A DNA stretch of 64,000 nucleotides, taken from contig JAFTVG010000011.1 in assembly GCA_017465885.1 (NCBI GenBank), forward strand, positions 75,276-139,275, given 5' to 3'. Origin of the DNA: Clostridia bacterium (GTDB lineage: Bacteria; Bacillota; Clostridia; Oscillospirales; CAG-272). Positions 43,586 through 52,478 of this stretch are shown in pieces. The notes under the pieces are model-generated. The model was not told the DNA's origin and did not search any database. It saw nothing but the letters and a program-made list of their open reading frames with translations. The translations under genes and the position numbers were made by a program. The stretch's first letter is position 1; every line of letters begins with the position of its first letter.

Positions 43586-43763
43586 GCCGAAAATGCGTTG
43601 CACACTTCAATTTTTGATTTAGGCGCACTATGAAAATACGGAGATTGGCGTAATTTCAAGGGTGCTGTAAGCAACGCTTAATAGTGTATATAGAAAGTAC
43701 GCATTTTTCGGCACTTCGATTTAGACACATACCGAAAGGGCGTATTTTTCGCACTTTTATAGG
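43586..43763. repeat. Iteron-like direct and inverted repeats upstream of the putative replication/DNA-binding genes
   Basis: ACGCATTTTTCGGCACTTCGATTTAGACACA (43699-43729) has a partial direct copy GCGTATTTTTCGCACTT (43740-43756), an inverted partial copy GCCGAAAATGCGT (43586-43598), and the related CACTTCAATTTTTGATTTAGGCGCA (43603-43627). Confidence 0.4.
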
Positions 43764-43828
43764 GGTATGTCAATTTTTTCTTATGGTGTATAAGAAAACG
43801 CTATCACGAAAGAAAGGAGAACAAGAGT

Positions 43829-44023
43829 ATGGATTTACTTATGACCTACACAAACAGTATTCATATCACCGAAACGGACAAGGGCATTGAAATAGTGATT
43901 GACAAGCCGTCCGAGATTTACGATTGGCTACAAGAGATCAAAGCGTATTATGAAACCGATCTGTTTTCTGTTCTATATGACTTAATCAGAACGGAACGAG
44001 AGAACGAGCGGGACGAGCTTTGA
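43829..44023 (+). CDS. Small hypothetical protein (64 aa)
   Basis: RBS gaaaggaga. Acidic C-terminus. Confidence 0.45.
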   Translation: MDLLMTYTNSIHITETDKGIEIVIDKPSEIYDWLQEIKAYYETDLFSVLYDLIRTERENERDEL

Positions 44024-44131
44024 TTTATCCATTTATGAAAGGAGCGTGATAAACGCAAAAACGCCCATAACGGCAGGGACAAACGCCGTTGAATTAAAGG
44101 GAAACAATCAAATAGAAAAGGCAAATAAGCA

Positions 44132-44728
44132 ATGGGTAATATTTATATATACCACACATCACCAAACCAAAGAAGCGTTATAACGCATAAAACGCTGTCC
44201 GATAAAGAACACCCATACGGGATATGTAATATAGCGGCTACGCTAACCGCCGCAAAAGAGCTAACCGACAGAGCATATAAACTGTATATCCGAATGTCAT
44301 TACACCAAGACGGGCATACCTACGCTTTAAGTCCCGTTGAGATTAACAATAGTATTGGTATGACAGATAAGCGTTACAGAGAAGCGGTAAAAGAATTGAT
44401 TGATAAAGGTTATTTGGTGCAACACAAAGACCATAAAAGCGTGTATATCTTTTACGAAGCTCCGGCTATTGACAATGTTTCAGTATTGCCAAAAGAGATA
44501 GGCTATCTACCCCAAACGGAAAGTACAACCGTCCATAATGACTATATAGAACAGCCGATATGGGAAGTCAAACCGTCTGTTTCGGGGGGAGAAATAATAG
44601 ATAATATTACATCTCAAATACATAATAATACTGATACTACATTGCCGGATTTAAGTTTTATAACCAACAAAGGAAAAAGCAATAATGACTTGTTTCCAAG
44701 TCTGCAAAATGAAGATTTACCATTTTAA
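44132..44728 (+). CDS. Putative winged-helix DNA-binding / replication-initiator-like protein
   Basis: The segment SPVEINNSIGMTDKRYREAVKELIDKGYL looks like a wHTH. It lies downstream of the iteron-like repeats. The assignment is weak. Confidence 0.35.
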   Translation: MGNIYIYHTSPNQRSVITHKTLSDKEHPYGICNIAATLTAAKELTDRAYKLYIRMSLHQDGHTYALSPVEINNSIGMTDKRYREAVKELIDKGYLVQHKDHKSVYIFYEAPAIDNVSVLPKEIGYLPQTESTTVHNDYIEQPIWEVKPSVSGGEIIDNITSQIHNNTDTTLPDLSFITNKGKSNNDLFPSLQNEDLPF

Positions 44729-44840
44729 CACCGTTGCGGAACTATGAGATAATTCCGCTGTTTTTGGTAAATGAATTGTGGGGTGAGCGTTTTAGCTTGC
44801 CCCATTTTGATATTTACAGAATAGAAAGGAACACCACTTT

Positions 44841-45599
44841 ATGAGCATAACAGAATTAGTCCGCAATTACGCTATAAGCGTTAATGATAACGATATGTAC
44901 ATTACGGTATTGCGAAGCGGCAAAACATACTACACCAACTATGACAAAGGTTTTTATGAACTGATGAAAAGCGGCATTTTCACGGGAGCGGGAACAAACG
45001 GCAATAGCAAAGGTGATTATTTGAAATTCACTTGTACCCATACCGATTTTGACCCGTATTTTCATCACATTGTTTTTTGCTATTACTATCGAGGATTGCG
45101 CAAGGACAACTACATTGATGTTTTACGCCAATTCAGCAACGAATTATCAAAAAGCAAATTGAATGTAGATCATCTGCAAGACGGGATTTACAACAACAGA
45201 AAATGGAATTTATCTCTTATGCCTAAAGCTGATAATATGCAAAAAAGGCACTTTGACAAGCGTTTTAAGAATATCTTTGACATAGTGTCTGCTTATGACG
45301 GAGAGGGATATAGAGTACAGCTTACATACCTAAACAAAGGCATACGAGCGGTAAGGTATTATTGTGATACGCCTAATGACTTGAACGCATTATATCGTTA
45401 CCTAAAGGCGCATAAATGGGAACTGCGCAAGGCAAAAGCGGGTGTGCAGCTATCCGATAGTTTTTATTCTTCCTCTGGTGATTTTGAAAATTATTATTCA
45501 AACACATTTCCGCAACTTGTACCCAATGAGGAAATACACGGTATGCAACGGCATTTAGTGAAAATGCGGAAAAATGCGTTTTCTCAATACAGAGGATAA
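44841..45599 (+). CDS. HNH-like nuclease domain protein
   Basis: LNVDHLQDGIYNNRKWNLSLMPKADNMQK fits the H-N-(H/N) pattern of HNH_3/AP2-associated endonucleases. Confidence 0.5.
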   Translation: MSITELVRNYAISVNDNDMYITVLRSGKTYYTNYDKGFYELMKSGIFTGAGTNGNSKGDYLKFTCTHTDFDPYFHHIVFCYYYRGLRKDNYIDVLRQFSNELSKSKLNVDHLQDGIYNNRKWNLSLMPKADNMQKRHFDKRFKNIFDIVSAYDGEGYRVQLTYLNKGIRAVRYYCDTPNDLNALYRYLKAHKWELRKAKAGVQLSDSFYSSSGDFENYYSNTFPQLVPNEEIHGMQRHLVKMRKNAFSQYRG

Positions 45600-45701
45600 A
45601 ATAACTGTTTTATAAACAAAATACATCGTCATTTTGGCTTTTACAGCCGTTTACGGCTCAAATCCTTGTTGTTAGCAGGAGAATGACCCAAAGGAGCAAA
45701 A

Positions 45702-45890
45702 ATGACTAATAGACCCAATAACGAAGAATTATTTTACACCGTTGACGATATTATAAACATACTCAATGTTTCAAGATCAACGGCATATAGAGAAATCAAA
45801 AAATTAAACGAAGAGCTGAAAAAGCAAGGTTATATCACCATTTGCGGTAAAGTGCCTATAAAGTTTTTTCGGGAGCGGTGGTACTGTTGA
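45702..45890 (+). CDS. Excisionase-like HTH protein (Xis/MerR-type small DNA-binding protein)
   Basis: 62 aa. LFYTVDDIINILNVSRSTAYREIKKL. Lies immediately upstream of the integrase. Confidence 0.65.
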   Translation: MTNRPNNEELFYTVDDIINILNVSRSTAYREIKKLNEELKKQGYITICGKVPIKFFRERWYC

Positions 45891-45965
45891 CAAAGATTTT
45901 GAAGTGTGCAAACGCCACGCGAAATGGTAAAATTATTATATATGGATTAAAGGAATTGAAACACT

Positions 45966-47051
45966 ATGGCAGTACAAAAATACACCGCTAAAAACGGAAA
46001 ACAACTATGGTATTTTTCAGTTAGATACACCGATTGGACGGGTGAGCGGAAACGGAAAAAGCAAGAGGGATTTAAGACCCAAAGAGAAGCAAAAGAAGCA
46101 GAATCCGACTTTTTGAATAGCAAAAGGACGGATATTGACATTACTTTTGAAAATCTTGTAAAGGCGTATGTAGAGAACAGAAACGCCCGAATAGAGCAAA
46201 CTACTTTAGCAACCAAAGGGCATATGATACGGACAAAGATATTGCCCTACTTTGCTAAAATGCCTTTAAGCAAGATTGATACCGCTACCGTTATGAATTG
46301 GCAAACGGAGCTTATGAACTACCGCAACCCAAAGACAAATAAGCCGTATTCGCAAACATACCTACGGCAGATACACAATCAGTTATCAACGATCTTTAAC
46401 TTTGCAATTCGATATTACGGATTATCAAGAAATCCCGCCCAACTGTGCGGCAGTATGGGTAAACAGAACGCTGAAAAATTTGATTTTTGGACTTATGACG
46501 AATTTCAAAAGTTTATCCAAGCCGCAAAGGACGATATAAACGCTTATACAATATACAATCTGTTCTTTTATAGCGGTATGCGTATGGGTGAATTACTTGC
46601 CCTTACGCTGAATGATTTTGACTTTGATAAATGTACCGTATCAATCAACAAAAGTCTTGCCGTCATTGACGGTGAGCAGACAACAAAGAAAACCAAAACG
46701 GAAAAGAGTAAACGCATTGTTGCGTTGCCCGTTCCGATAATGGAAATGATAAAAGAATATGCAGGGCATTTGTACGAATACAACCCTGCAAACAGATTAT
46801 TTATATCAAGCAAAACATCACTACATAGAGATATGCGCAAGTATTGCGAGATCTCCGGCGTGCGCAAAATTAAAGTACACGAACTGCGCCACAGCCACGC
46901 AAGCCATTTAATTGAGTTAGGCGTTTCTCCGCTTTCGATAAGTGAGCGGTTAGGACACGAAGATATAAAAACAACGCTTAACACATATTCGCATTTGTAC
47001 CCAAACAAGCAAAGTGAGATAGCGGAAATCCTTACGGAATATGTGCTATGA
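45966..47051 (+). CDS. Tyrosine site-specific integrase with an N-terminal arm-binding (AP2-like) domain
   Basis: The N-terminus KNGKQLWYFSVRYTDWTGERKRKKQEGFKTQREAKEAE is typical of Tn916/phage Int arm-binding domains. The C-terminus has R...HELRHSHASHL...GHEDIKTTLNTYSH, containing the catalytic R-H-R-H/Y residues. Confidence 0.9.
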   Translation: MAVQKYTAKNGKQLWYFSVRYTDWTGERKRKKQEGFKTQREAKEAESDFLNSKRTDIDITFENLVKAYVENRNARIEQTTLATKGHMIRTKILPYFAKMPLSKIDTATVMNWQTELMNYRNPKTNKPYSQTYLRQIHNQLSTIFNFAIRYYGLSRNPAQLCGSMGKQNAEKFDFWTYDEFQKFIQAAKDDINAYTIYNLFFYSGMRMGELLALTLNDFDFDKCTVSINKSLAVIDGEQTTKKTKTEKSKRIVALPVPIMEMIKEYAGHLYEYNPANRLFISSKTSLHRDMRKYCEISGVRKIKVHELRHSHASHLIELGVSPLSISERLGHEDIKTTLNTYSHLYPNKQSEIAEILTEYVL

Positions 47052-47072
47052 TAGCGGGGTGATAGCGAATAA

Positions 47073-47090
47073 TGGTACGAATGTGGTACG
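47073..47090. promoter_or_regulatory. Paired arm-type repeats of element B, right end (TGGTACG x2, 11-bp spacing)
   Basis: TGGTACGaatgTGGTACG, about 60 bp from the att core. Confidence 0.55.
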
Positions 47091-47150
47091 CTGACAAAAC
47101 AAAAACGCCCGAAAACCCTGTATTTTCAAGGCTTTCGGGCATTATTTATT

Positions 47151-47162
47151 TTATTCCCACTC
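47151..47162. repeat. att core, guaA-proximal copy (TTATTCCCACTC)
   Basis: The reverse complement encodes E-W-E-stop of guaA. Identical to 38159-38170. Confidence 0.7.
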
Positions 47163-48158
47163 GATGGTTCCGGTGGGCTTGGGCGTGAGGTCATAGAGGA
47201 CGCGGTTGATACCCTCTACTTCGGAGGTGATGCGCGCGGTGATCTTGTGGAGGATCTCGTAGGGGATCTCCTCAATGCTGGCAGTCATCGCGTCCTTGGT
47301 ATTGACGGCACGGATGATGGCAGGCCAACCCTCATAGCGGCCGTCGTCCTTTACGCCCACCGACTTGATGTCGGGAATGATCACGAAATACTGCCACACC
47401 TTGCCTGCAAGTCCGCAATGATCAAACTCCTCACGCAGGATGGCGTCTGCCTCACGCAGCGCGTGAAGTCTGTCTCTGGTGATGGCTCCAAGGCAACGCA
47501 CGCCCAGACCCGGTCCGGGGAAGGGCTGACGGTATACCATCGCGTGGGGCAGTCCGAGTGCCTCGCCGACCACTCTGACCTCGTCCTTGTAAAGGAGCTT
47601 GATGGGCTCTACCAAGTCAAACTGCAGATCCTCGGGAAGTCCGCCCACGTTGTGGTGAGACTTGACTGCCTTCTTACCCTCTGCCTGCTTGATGCTTTCC
47701 AAAATGTCAGGATAGATGGTGCCCTGCGCCAAGAAGGAGATACCCTCCTGCTTGCGCGCCTCGTCCGCGAAGACCTCGATGAATTCCTTACCGATGATCT
47801 TTCTCTTGGACTCGGGATCGGATACGCCCGCAAGAAGATCAAGGAAGCGGTCGGTTGCGTCAACGTACACAAGGTTTGCATCCAGCTCCTTGCCGAAGAT
47901 CTCGATAACGTTCTCAGACTCGTTCTTGCGCATCAGACCGTGGTTTACGTGCACGCAGACCAACTGCTTGCCGATCGCCTTGATGAGCAGCGCGGCAACC
48001 ACAGAGCTGTCTACCCCGCCCGACAGCGCCAAAAGCACCTTTTTGTCGCCTACCTGCGCTCTGACCTTTGCCACCTCTTCTTCGATGAAGGCGTTTGCCT
48101 GCTCAAACGTGGTGATACGCTCAAAGCTTTCGGGACGAACGTTCTTTTCCATTTCCAT
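47151..48158 (-). CDS. guaA: GMP synthase ATP-pyrophosphatase plus dimerisation domains only (no glutamine amidotransferase domain)
   Basis: RBS ggagga plus ATG at 48158. PP-loop LALSGGVDSSV near residue 45. The C-terminus KPTGTIEWE is the canonical GuaA end. 335 aa, compared with about 510-525 aa for fused bacterial GuaA as I recall it. Confidence 0.85.
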   Translation of the reverse strand: MEMEKNVRPESFERITTFEQANAFIEEEVAKVRAQVGDKKVLLALSGGVDSSVVAALLIKAIGKQLVCVHVNHGLMRKNESENVIEIFGKELDANLVYVDATDRFLDLLAGVSDPESKRKIIGKEFIEVFADEARKQEGISFLAQGTIYPDILESIKQAEGKKAVKSHHNVGGLPEDLQFDLVEPIKLLYKDEVRVVGEALGLPHAMVYRQPFPGPGLGVRCLGAITRDRLHALREADAILREEFDHCGLAGKVWQYFVIIPDIKSVGVKDDGRYEGWPAIIRAVNTKDAMTASIEEIPYEILHKITARITSEVEGINRVLYDLTPKPTGTIEWE

Positions 48159-48239
48159 ACCTTTGATCCTCCATATCTTCTTTTCATTTCGGGAGCGTAC
48201 TCCCTTACTCTTATCAAATTTTGCTCTTTTATGGAAAAT

Positions 48240-48268
48240 ATCATAGCACAAATCGAAAAAACAGTCAA
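48240..48268 (-). promoter_or_regulatory. Sigma-A promoter of guaA
   Basis: Minus strand: TTGACT (48268-48263), 17-nt spacer, TATGAT (48245-48240). Confidence 0.6.
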
Positions 48269-48434
48269 GAGCACTTTGCGAATTTTTTTGATTTTTTTCG
48301 CACACCGCCCTCTTTTTTTCTACCCGATCGTTCTTTTTTCCCCTGCCCAAAAATTACAATAAATAATCCTTTCTCCTTTATCCCACACTAAAAGCGTGCC
48401 GACCACGCTCGGACTATCAAACAAGGAGAAAATC

Positions 48435-48872
48435 GTGAGACCTACCGACCAGACCGAACGGTTATACCGTGAAATATACAAAAATGCCGCTATGGGGCTG
48501 GGCACTACCGCCCATCTTTTAAAAACCAACCGAAGCCGCAATATGTCGGATGCTTTGCGTATGCAAAACGCCGAATACAGCGCCATCTGCAAAAACGCCA
48601 AAAGCCGTATGCTGGAGCGGGGCAAGACGGTGAAGGGGCTGTCCCCTATGGAAAAAATGCGCACCGACGGCATGGTATCGCTGAATCTGATGATCAACGA
48701 CAGCGACAGCCACGTAGCACAGATGATGATGACGGGCAGTACCATGGGGATGATCAACGCCGAAAAGGAGTTAAGAAAAAACCCCTCTGCCGACCCCTAT
48801 GCCAAGGCGCTGATGCGCCATCTTTCCGACTTTGAAAAGAACACCCTTGACAAAATGAAAGGCTTTTTATAA
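48435..48872 (+). CDS. Hypothetical helical protein (about 145 aa)
   Basis: GTG at 48435 preceded by aaggaga. No recognisable motif. Confidence 0.45.
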   Translation: MRPTDQTERLYREIYKNAAMGLGTTAHLLKTNRSRNMSDALRMQNAEYSAICKNAKSRMLERGKTVKGLSPMEKMRTDGMVSLNLMINDSDSHVAQMMMTGSTMGMINAEKELRKNPSADPYAKALMRHLSDFEKNTLDKMKGFL

Positions 48873-48883
48873 GCGCGCTCTTC

Positions 48884-48912
48884 TTGACAAAGCTCTTCTT
48901 TTGCGGTATAAT
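48884..48912 (+). promoter_or_regulatory. Consensus sigma-A promoter
   Basis: TTGACA, 17-nt spacer, TATAAT, exact. It shows that the ORF-track start at 48884 is not coding. Confidence 0.7.
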
Positions 48913-48952
48913 CGGGGAAGGAAACCAATTTAAGAAAGGACGGTATCGTTTT

Positions 48953-49270
48953 TTGAAAAAAATTCTTTTTACCGTATGTACTCTGCTGACCGCTTCTGCT
49001 CTTCCCTGCCTTGCCTTTGCAGAGGATGCTTCACCCTCTCTTTCCGCCGATGCCATCATGGAGATCGTCTGGTACGTGATCCTGGTCCTTTTGTTTGGCG
49101 GCGGACTGATCGCCATTTCAAAATGGAGCAAAAAGATCAACGAGCGGGATGAGCAGCTAAAGCAAGAGCTTTCGCAGCTTAGTGAGGACGACCAAGAGAG
49201 AGACCACGATCCCGAAGAGCAATCGGACGAGCACGATGAAAAGCAAGAAGAGGACGAGCAAAACGGCTGA
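48953..49270 (+). CDS. Small secreted or membrane protein with a highly acidic C-terminal tail
   Basis: Possible TTG start. Signal peptide LLTASALPCLAFA, one TM, then a DEQ-rich tail. Confidence 0.4.
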   Translation: MKKILFTVCTLLTASALPCLAFAEDASPSLSADAIMEIVWYVILVLLFGGGLIAISKWSKKINERDEQLKQELSQLSEDDQERDHDPEEQSDEHDEKQEEDEQNG

Positions 49271-49281
49271 TCCTCTTTTAT

Positions 49282-49322
49282 AAAAATCCCTCCTGCGGAG
49301 GTCTCCGCAGGAGGGATTTTTC
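49282..49322. terminator. Bidirectional rho-independent terminator
   Basis: AAAAATCCCTCCTGCGGAG-gt-CTCCGCAGGAGGGATTTTT. Confidence 0.85.
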
Positions 49323-49348
49323 TGTTTATCGGTTTTTTATCCGGTCAA

Positions 49349-52300
49349 TCAGTTCATTTTTGCATAAACCTTTTTGCCTGCAAAAGCCACTGCCGCAAGG
49401 CAGAGAACCGAAAGCAGAACGAAGAGCATCGTCTGTTCACCGGTCACGGGAGGCTCTACAGGAGGATCTACGGGAGGATCTACGGGAGGATCTACAGGAG
49501 GATCTACAGGAGGATCCACGGGCTCGCTCCAATCGTCGGTCAGCTCTTCGAAGAGTGCCGTGTAGGTCACGCCGGCGGTCACTGCGGGCAGAGCGGTGCC
49601 TGCCTCGTAAAGAGTGGTGCCATCGGACCAGCCGAGGAAGACGTAGAAGGTCTCGCTGTTTTCACCGTATACGGGATTCTTGTAGGGATCTGCAACTACG
49701 GGAATATCACCCTCTGCAAACTTTTTCTCGGTTGCCACACCGTCTACCACGAAGATCAAAGTCTGGATGGTGGGGTCGGTGTAGGCGTGAACCTCTGCAA
49801 AGTGCAGAGCCCAGTTGGAGGAGTTGTAGGTACCGTAGATACGGAAGTAACGGTACTCGCCGATATCGTTGCCGCAAGCAAAGCGATAAGAGCCGTTACT
49901 GGGATCCTCGGTATGCTGTTCGCCGATGTAGTCCCACTTGGACAGGGGCAGAGTAGGATCGTTGGTTGCATAAACATCGAACTGATAATATCTGCTGCCC
50001 TGATAGAAGCCAACGTCGAAAGCAGAAACGATTACCTTTTCGCCGAAGTCTACCTGAACGTAGTCTTCGTTTTCCTTGGCTGCATAGCCGGGAGTTGCGG
50101 TTACTTCGTCATAAATGGGCTCAGCGTTTACTCTGAACTTGTTCACGTCCGAAGTGCCCATATATGCCAGATTGCCTTCCTCGTCATAAAGCATCACGGT
50201 TACAACGTAGGAGGAATCGTACTGAGGGATAAACTGATTCTCACCCTCTGCTTCGCAAACGTTGAAGCGCCACAGTCCGAGAGGCTCGTACTGGGAGGAG
50301 GGCTGCATATCGGACAGCTTCATTGCCGAAGAAACGTATGCACCGTTTTCGCGGTTTCTTTCACCGTCGGTGAAGAGCAGACGAACGGTATAAGCGGACA
50401 GATCCAGCTTGTTGCCTGCCTCGTCCTTTAAGATGGTGAGTAGCTCGGTCACGTTGTTTCTGTTTTCAAAGCCCTGAATGTCGCCGTAAACGTAAGGCGT
50501 TACAGACAGATCTGCCACGCTGCGCTCAGCCACGGTTGCGGCTGCCAGAGCGGCATTGTCCTCTGCGACCACGCTCATCAGCTCACTTGCGGTCACGCCG
50601 TTGAGAACCAGCTTCACGTTGGTGCAGCCGTCAAGAACCTTTGCGCCAACACTCTCGATACCGCCGAAAACGGTCACGGTCACGCCGTTGGCACCGCAGG
50701 CAAGAGCGCCCTCGCCCAGCGTGCTCACGCCCTCGCCGATGAAGATCTTTTCTACCTTGTCAAGGCCCTTGAATGCATCCTTACCGATGCTGTCTACAGA
50801 ATTGGGGAATACGAAGATCTCGGTGATCTCGTCTGCAAAGCGGGTCCAGGGATAGGTCTCTTCTTCAACGTCGCCCGTTCCGCCGATGATCAGCTTGCCG
50901 GCCTCAAGAGTCCATCTGTAGCCGTCAAACTGGTCGTACCAGTGCAGGTCGCCCACGTAGGTCTCATAATCGTTGTCGGTCATTTCCTTAGTGATGTCGG
51001 TGCCGTCGCCCATAGTCACCTTCATGGACAGCTCCTTGAGCACCTTGGGTGCGGGGAAGGTCTCGATCTCAGCAAAGTGAGCGCCCCAGTTTGCAGAGTT
51101 GTAGGTGCAGATGAAGCGCACGTAACGGTAGGAAGCGTAGTTTCCGTCATCATCGGGCTGTACCTTTACCTCGTAAGCGCCGCTGCTGGTCACGTCATCG
51201 GACTTTTCACCGATGAGCGTCCACTTGGACAGAGGCAGAGTGTTGTCGTTGGAAGCAAAGACAAGATACTTATAGTATCTGGAAGCGATGCACATGGTGA
51301 TCTTGAAGGATCCGATGGGCAGAGACTCGCCCAGATCCTGCTCAATGTAGTTGTGCTGGCAAGCAAGGGAGGGAGTTGCCGTTCTCTCTTCAAAGATGGG
51401 CTCCTCGTTTACCTTGAACTTGTTCACGTCAGATTTGCCGGTATAAGCCAGAACGCCGTTCTCATCATAGAGCATCACGGTGATCACGTAAGAGGAATCG
51501 TACTGAGGAATGAACTGATTTTCACCCTCAGCCTGGCAGACGTTGAAGCGCCACAGTCCCAAGCCATCATCCTTGGAGGAGGGCTGCATATCGGACAGCT
51601 TCATTGCCGCAGAGAACCAGCCGCCGTTTTCACGGATTCTTTCGCCGTCGGTGAAGAGCAAGCGAACGGAGTACTTCTCTAAATCAACGTTATTGCCTTC
51701 TGCGTCCTTGATGATGGTCAGCAGCTCGGTCACATTGTTTCTGTTTTCAAAGCCCTGAATGTCGCCGTTCACGTAAGGAGTAACGGTCAGGCTCTTCACG
51801 GTGTTTTCGGTAAAGGCAGCACCTGCTAAAACGGCATTGTCTGCATTTACCACGCCCAGGACCGCGTCCTTGGTGGCGTTGTTGAGAACGACCTTTACGT
51901 TGGTGCAGCCGTCAAGAACCTTTGCGCCAACGGAGGTCAGGGTCGCGGGAGCGGTAACGGTGATACCGTCTGCGCCGCAAGCCAGCGCGCCTTCGCCAAG
52001 GGTGGTCACACCCTCGCCGATGTAGATCTTTTCAACCTTGGTAAGGCCCTTGAAGGCGTCCTTGCCGATGGTGGTTACGGTGTTGGGGAATACGAAGATC
52101 TCGGTGATCTCGTTTGCAAAGGGAGTCCAGGGATAGCTGTCTCCCTCAACGGCACCCTTACCGCTGATAAGCAGCTTGCCTGCGCGCAGCGCCCATTCGT
52201 AGCCGTCTTCAAAGGCGTCGTACCAGGTAATGTCGCCGTATGCCGCAGTATAGGAACCCGTGTCGCCGTCGGTCACGGTGGCGGTGATGTCTTCTCCGTA

Positions 52301-52426
52301 AGGATCGGTAAAGGTGGTGCCTTCGTAAGCGACCGCGTCGTCAGCCGCAGAGCCAAGTGCCATTGCGGGAACGAGAGAAAGAACCATTACCAATGCCAAC
52401 AGAAAAGCTACTACTCTATTTTTCAT
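49349..52426 (-). CDS. Large surface protein with duplicated [LRR plus F5/8-type-C (discoidin)-like] module, a PPVD repeat stalk and a (S/P)PXTG-type sorting signal
   Basis: Signal peptide. Two homologous halves of about 427 aa. Discoidin-like ends (YRYVRFICTYNSANWGAHFAEIETF / YRYFRIYGTYNSSNWALHFAEVHAY). (PVDP)n is followed by PPVTGE, a TM stretch and KKVYAKMN. Confidence 0.75.
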   Translation of the reverse strand: MKNRVVAFLLALVMVLSLVPAMALGSAADDAVAYEGTTFTDPYGEDITATVTDGDTGSYTAAYGDITWYDAFEDGYEWALRAGKLLISGKGAVEGDSYPWTPFANEITEIFVFPNTVTTIGKDAFKGLTKVEKIYIGEGVTTLGEGALACGADGITVTAPATLTSVGAKVLDGCTNVKVVLNNATKDAVLGVVNADNAVLAGAAFTENTVKSLTVTPYVNGDIQGFENRNNVTELLTIIKDAEGNNVDLEKYSVRLLFTDGERIRENGGWFSAAMKLSDMQPSSKDDGLGLWRFNVCQAEGENQFIPQYDSSYVITVMLYDENGVLAYTGKSDVNKFKVNEEPIFEERTATPSLACQHNYIEQDLGESLPIGSFKITMCIASRYYKYLVFASNDNTLPLSKWTLIGEKSDDVTSSGAYEVKVQPDDDGNYASYRYVRFICTYNSANWGAHFAEIETFPAPKVLKELSMKVTMGDGTDITKEMTDNDYETYVGDLHWYDQFDGYRWTLEAGKLIIGGTGDVEEETYPWTRFADEITEIFVFPNSVDSIGKDAFKGLDKVEKIFIGEGVSTLGEGALACGANGVTVTVFGGIESVGAKVLDGCTNVKLVLNGVTASELMSVVAEDNAALAAATVAERSVADLSVTPYVYGDIQGFENRNNVTELLTILKDEAGNKLDLSAYTVRLLFTDGERNRENGAYVSSAMKLSDMQPSSQYEPLGLWRFNVCEAEGENQFIPQYDSSYVVTVMLYDEEGNLAYMGTSDVNKFRVNAEPIYDEVTATPGYAAKENEDYVQVDFGEKVIVSAFDVGFYQGSRYYQFDVYATNDPTLPLSKWDYIGEQHTEDPSNGSYRFACGNDIGEYRYFRIYGTYNSSNWALHFAEVHAYTDPTIQTLIFVVDGVATEKKFAEGDIPVVADPYKNPVYGENSETFYVFLGWSDGTTLYEAGTALPAVTAGVTYTALFEELTDDWSEPVDPPVDPPVDPPVDPPVDPPVEPPVTGEQTMLFVLLSVLCLAAVAFAGKKVYAKMN

Positions 52427-52478
52427 AATGCTTCTCCTTAGTTTTCAATTAGTGGGAAAGGATGTTCGGGGAAATGCA

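Larger units (their letters stand above)
38159..47162 (+). mobile_element. Integrative (possibly mobilisable) element B of about 9 kb inserted in the 3' end of guaA
   Basis: Flanked by a 12-nt direct repeat. A tyrosine integrase and Xis sit at the guaA-proximal end. Paired TGGTACG arm-type repeats lie inside both ends. It is AT-richer than the flanks and contains a serine recombinase, SprT-like, HNH-like, RHH and XRE genes. Confidence 0.75.

Noticed and set aside
48159-48434. Purine/guanine riboswitch upstream of guaA
   Set aside because: The leader is only about 85 nt after the predicted -10 and lacks the conserved purine-riboswitch junction motifs. Only one simple hairpin (GGGAGTACGCTCCC) is present.
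49430-49510. 12-bp tandem repeats as a CRISPR or regulatory repeat
   Set aside because: They are in frame inside a CDS and encode the (PPVD)n stalk. The His/Asp codon repeats at about 18085-18130 in znuA are likewise coding.
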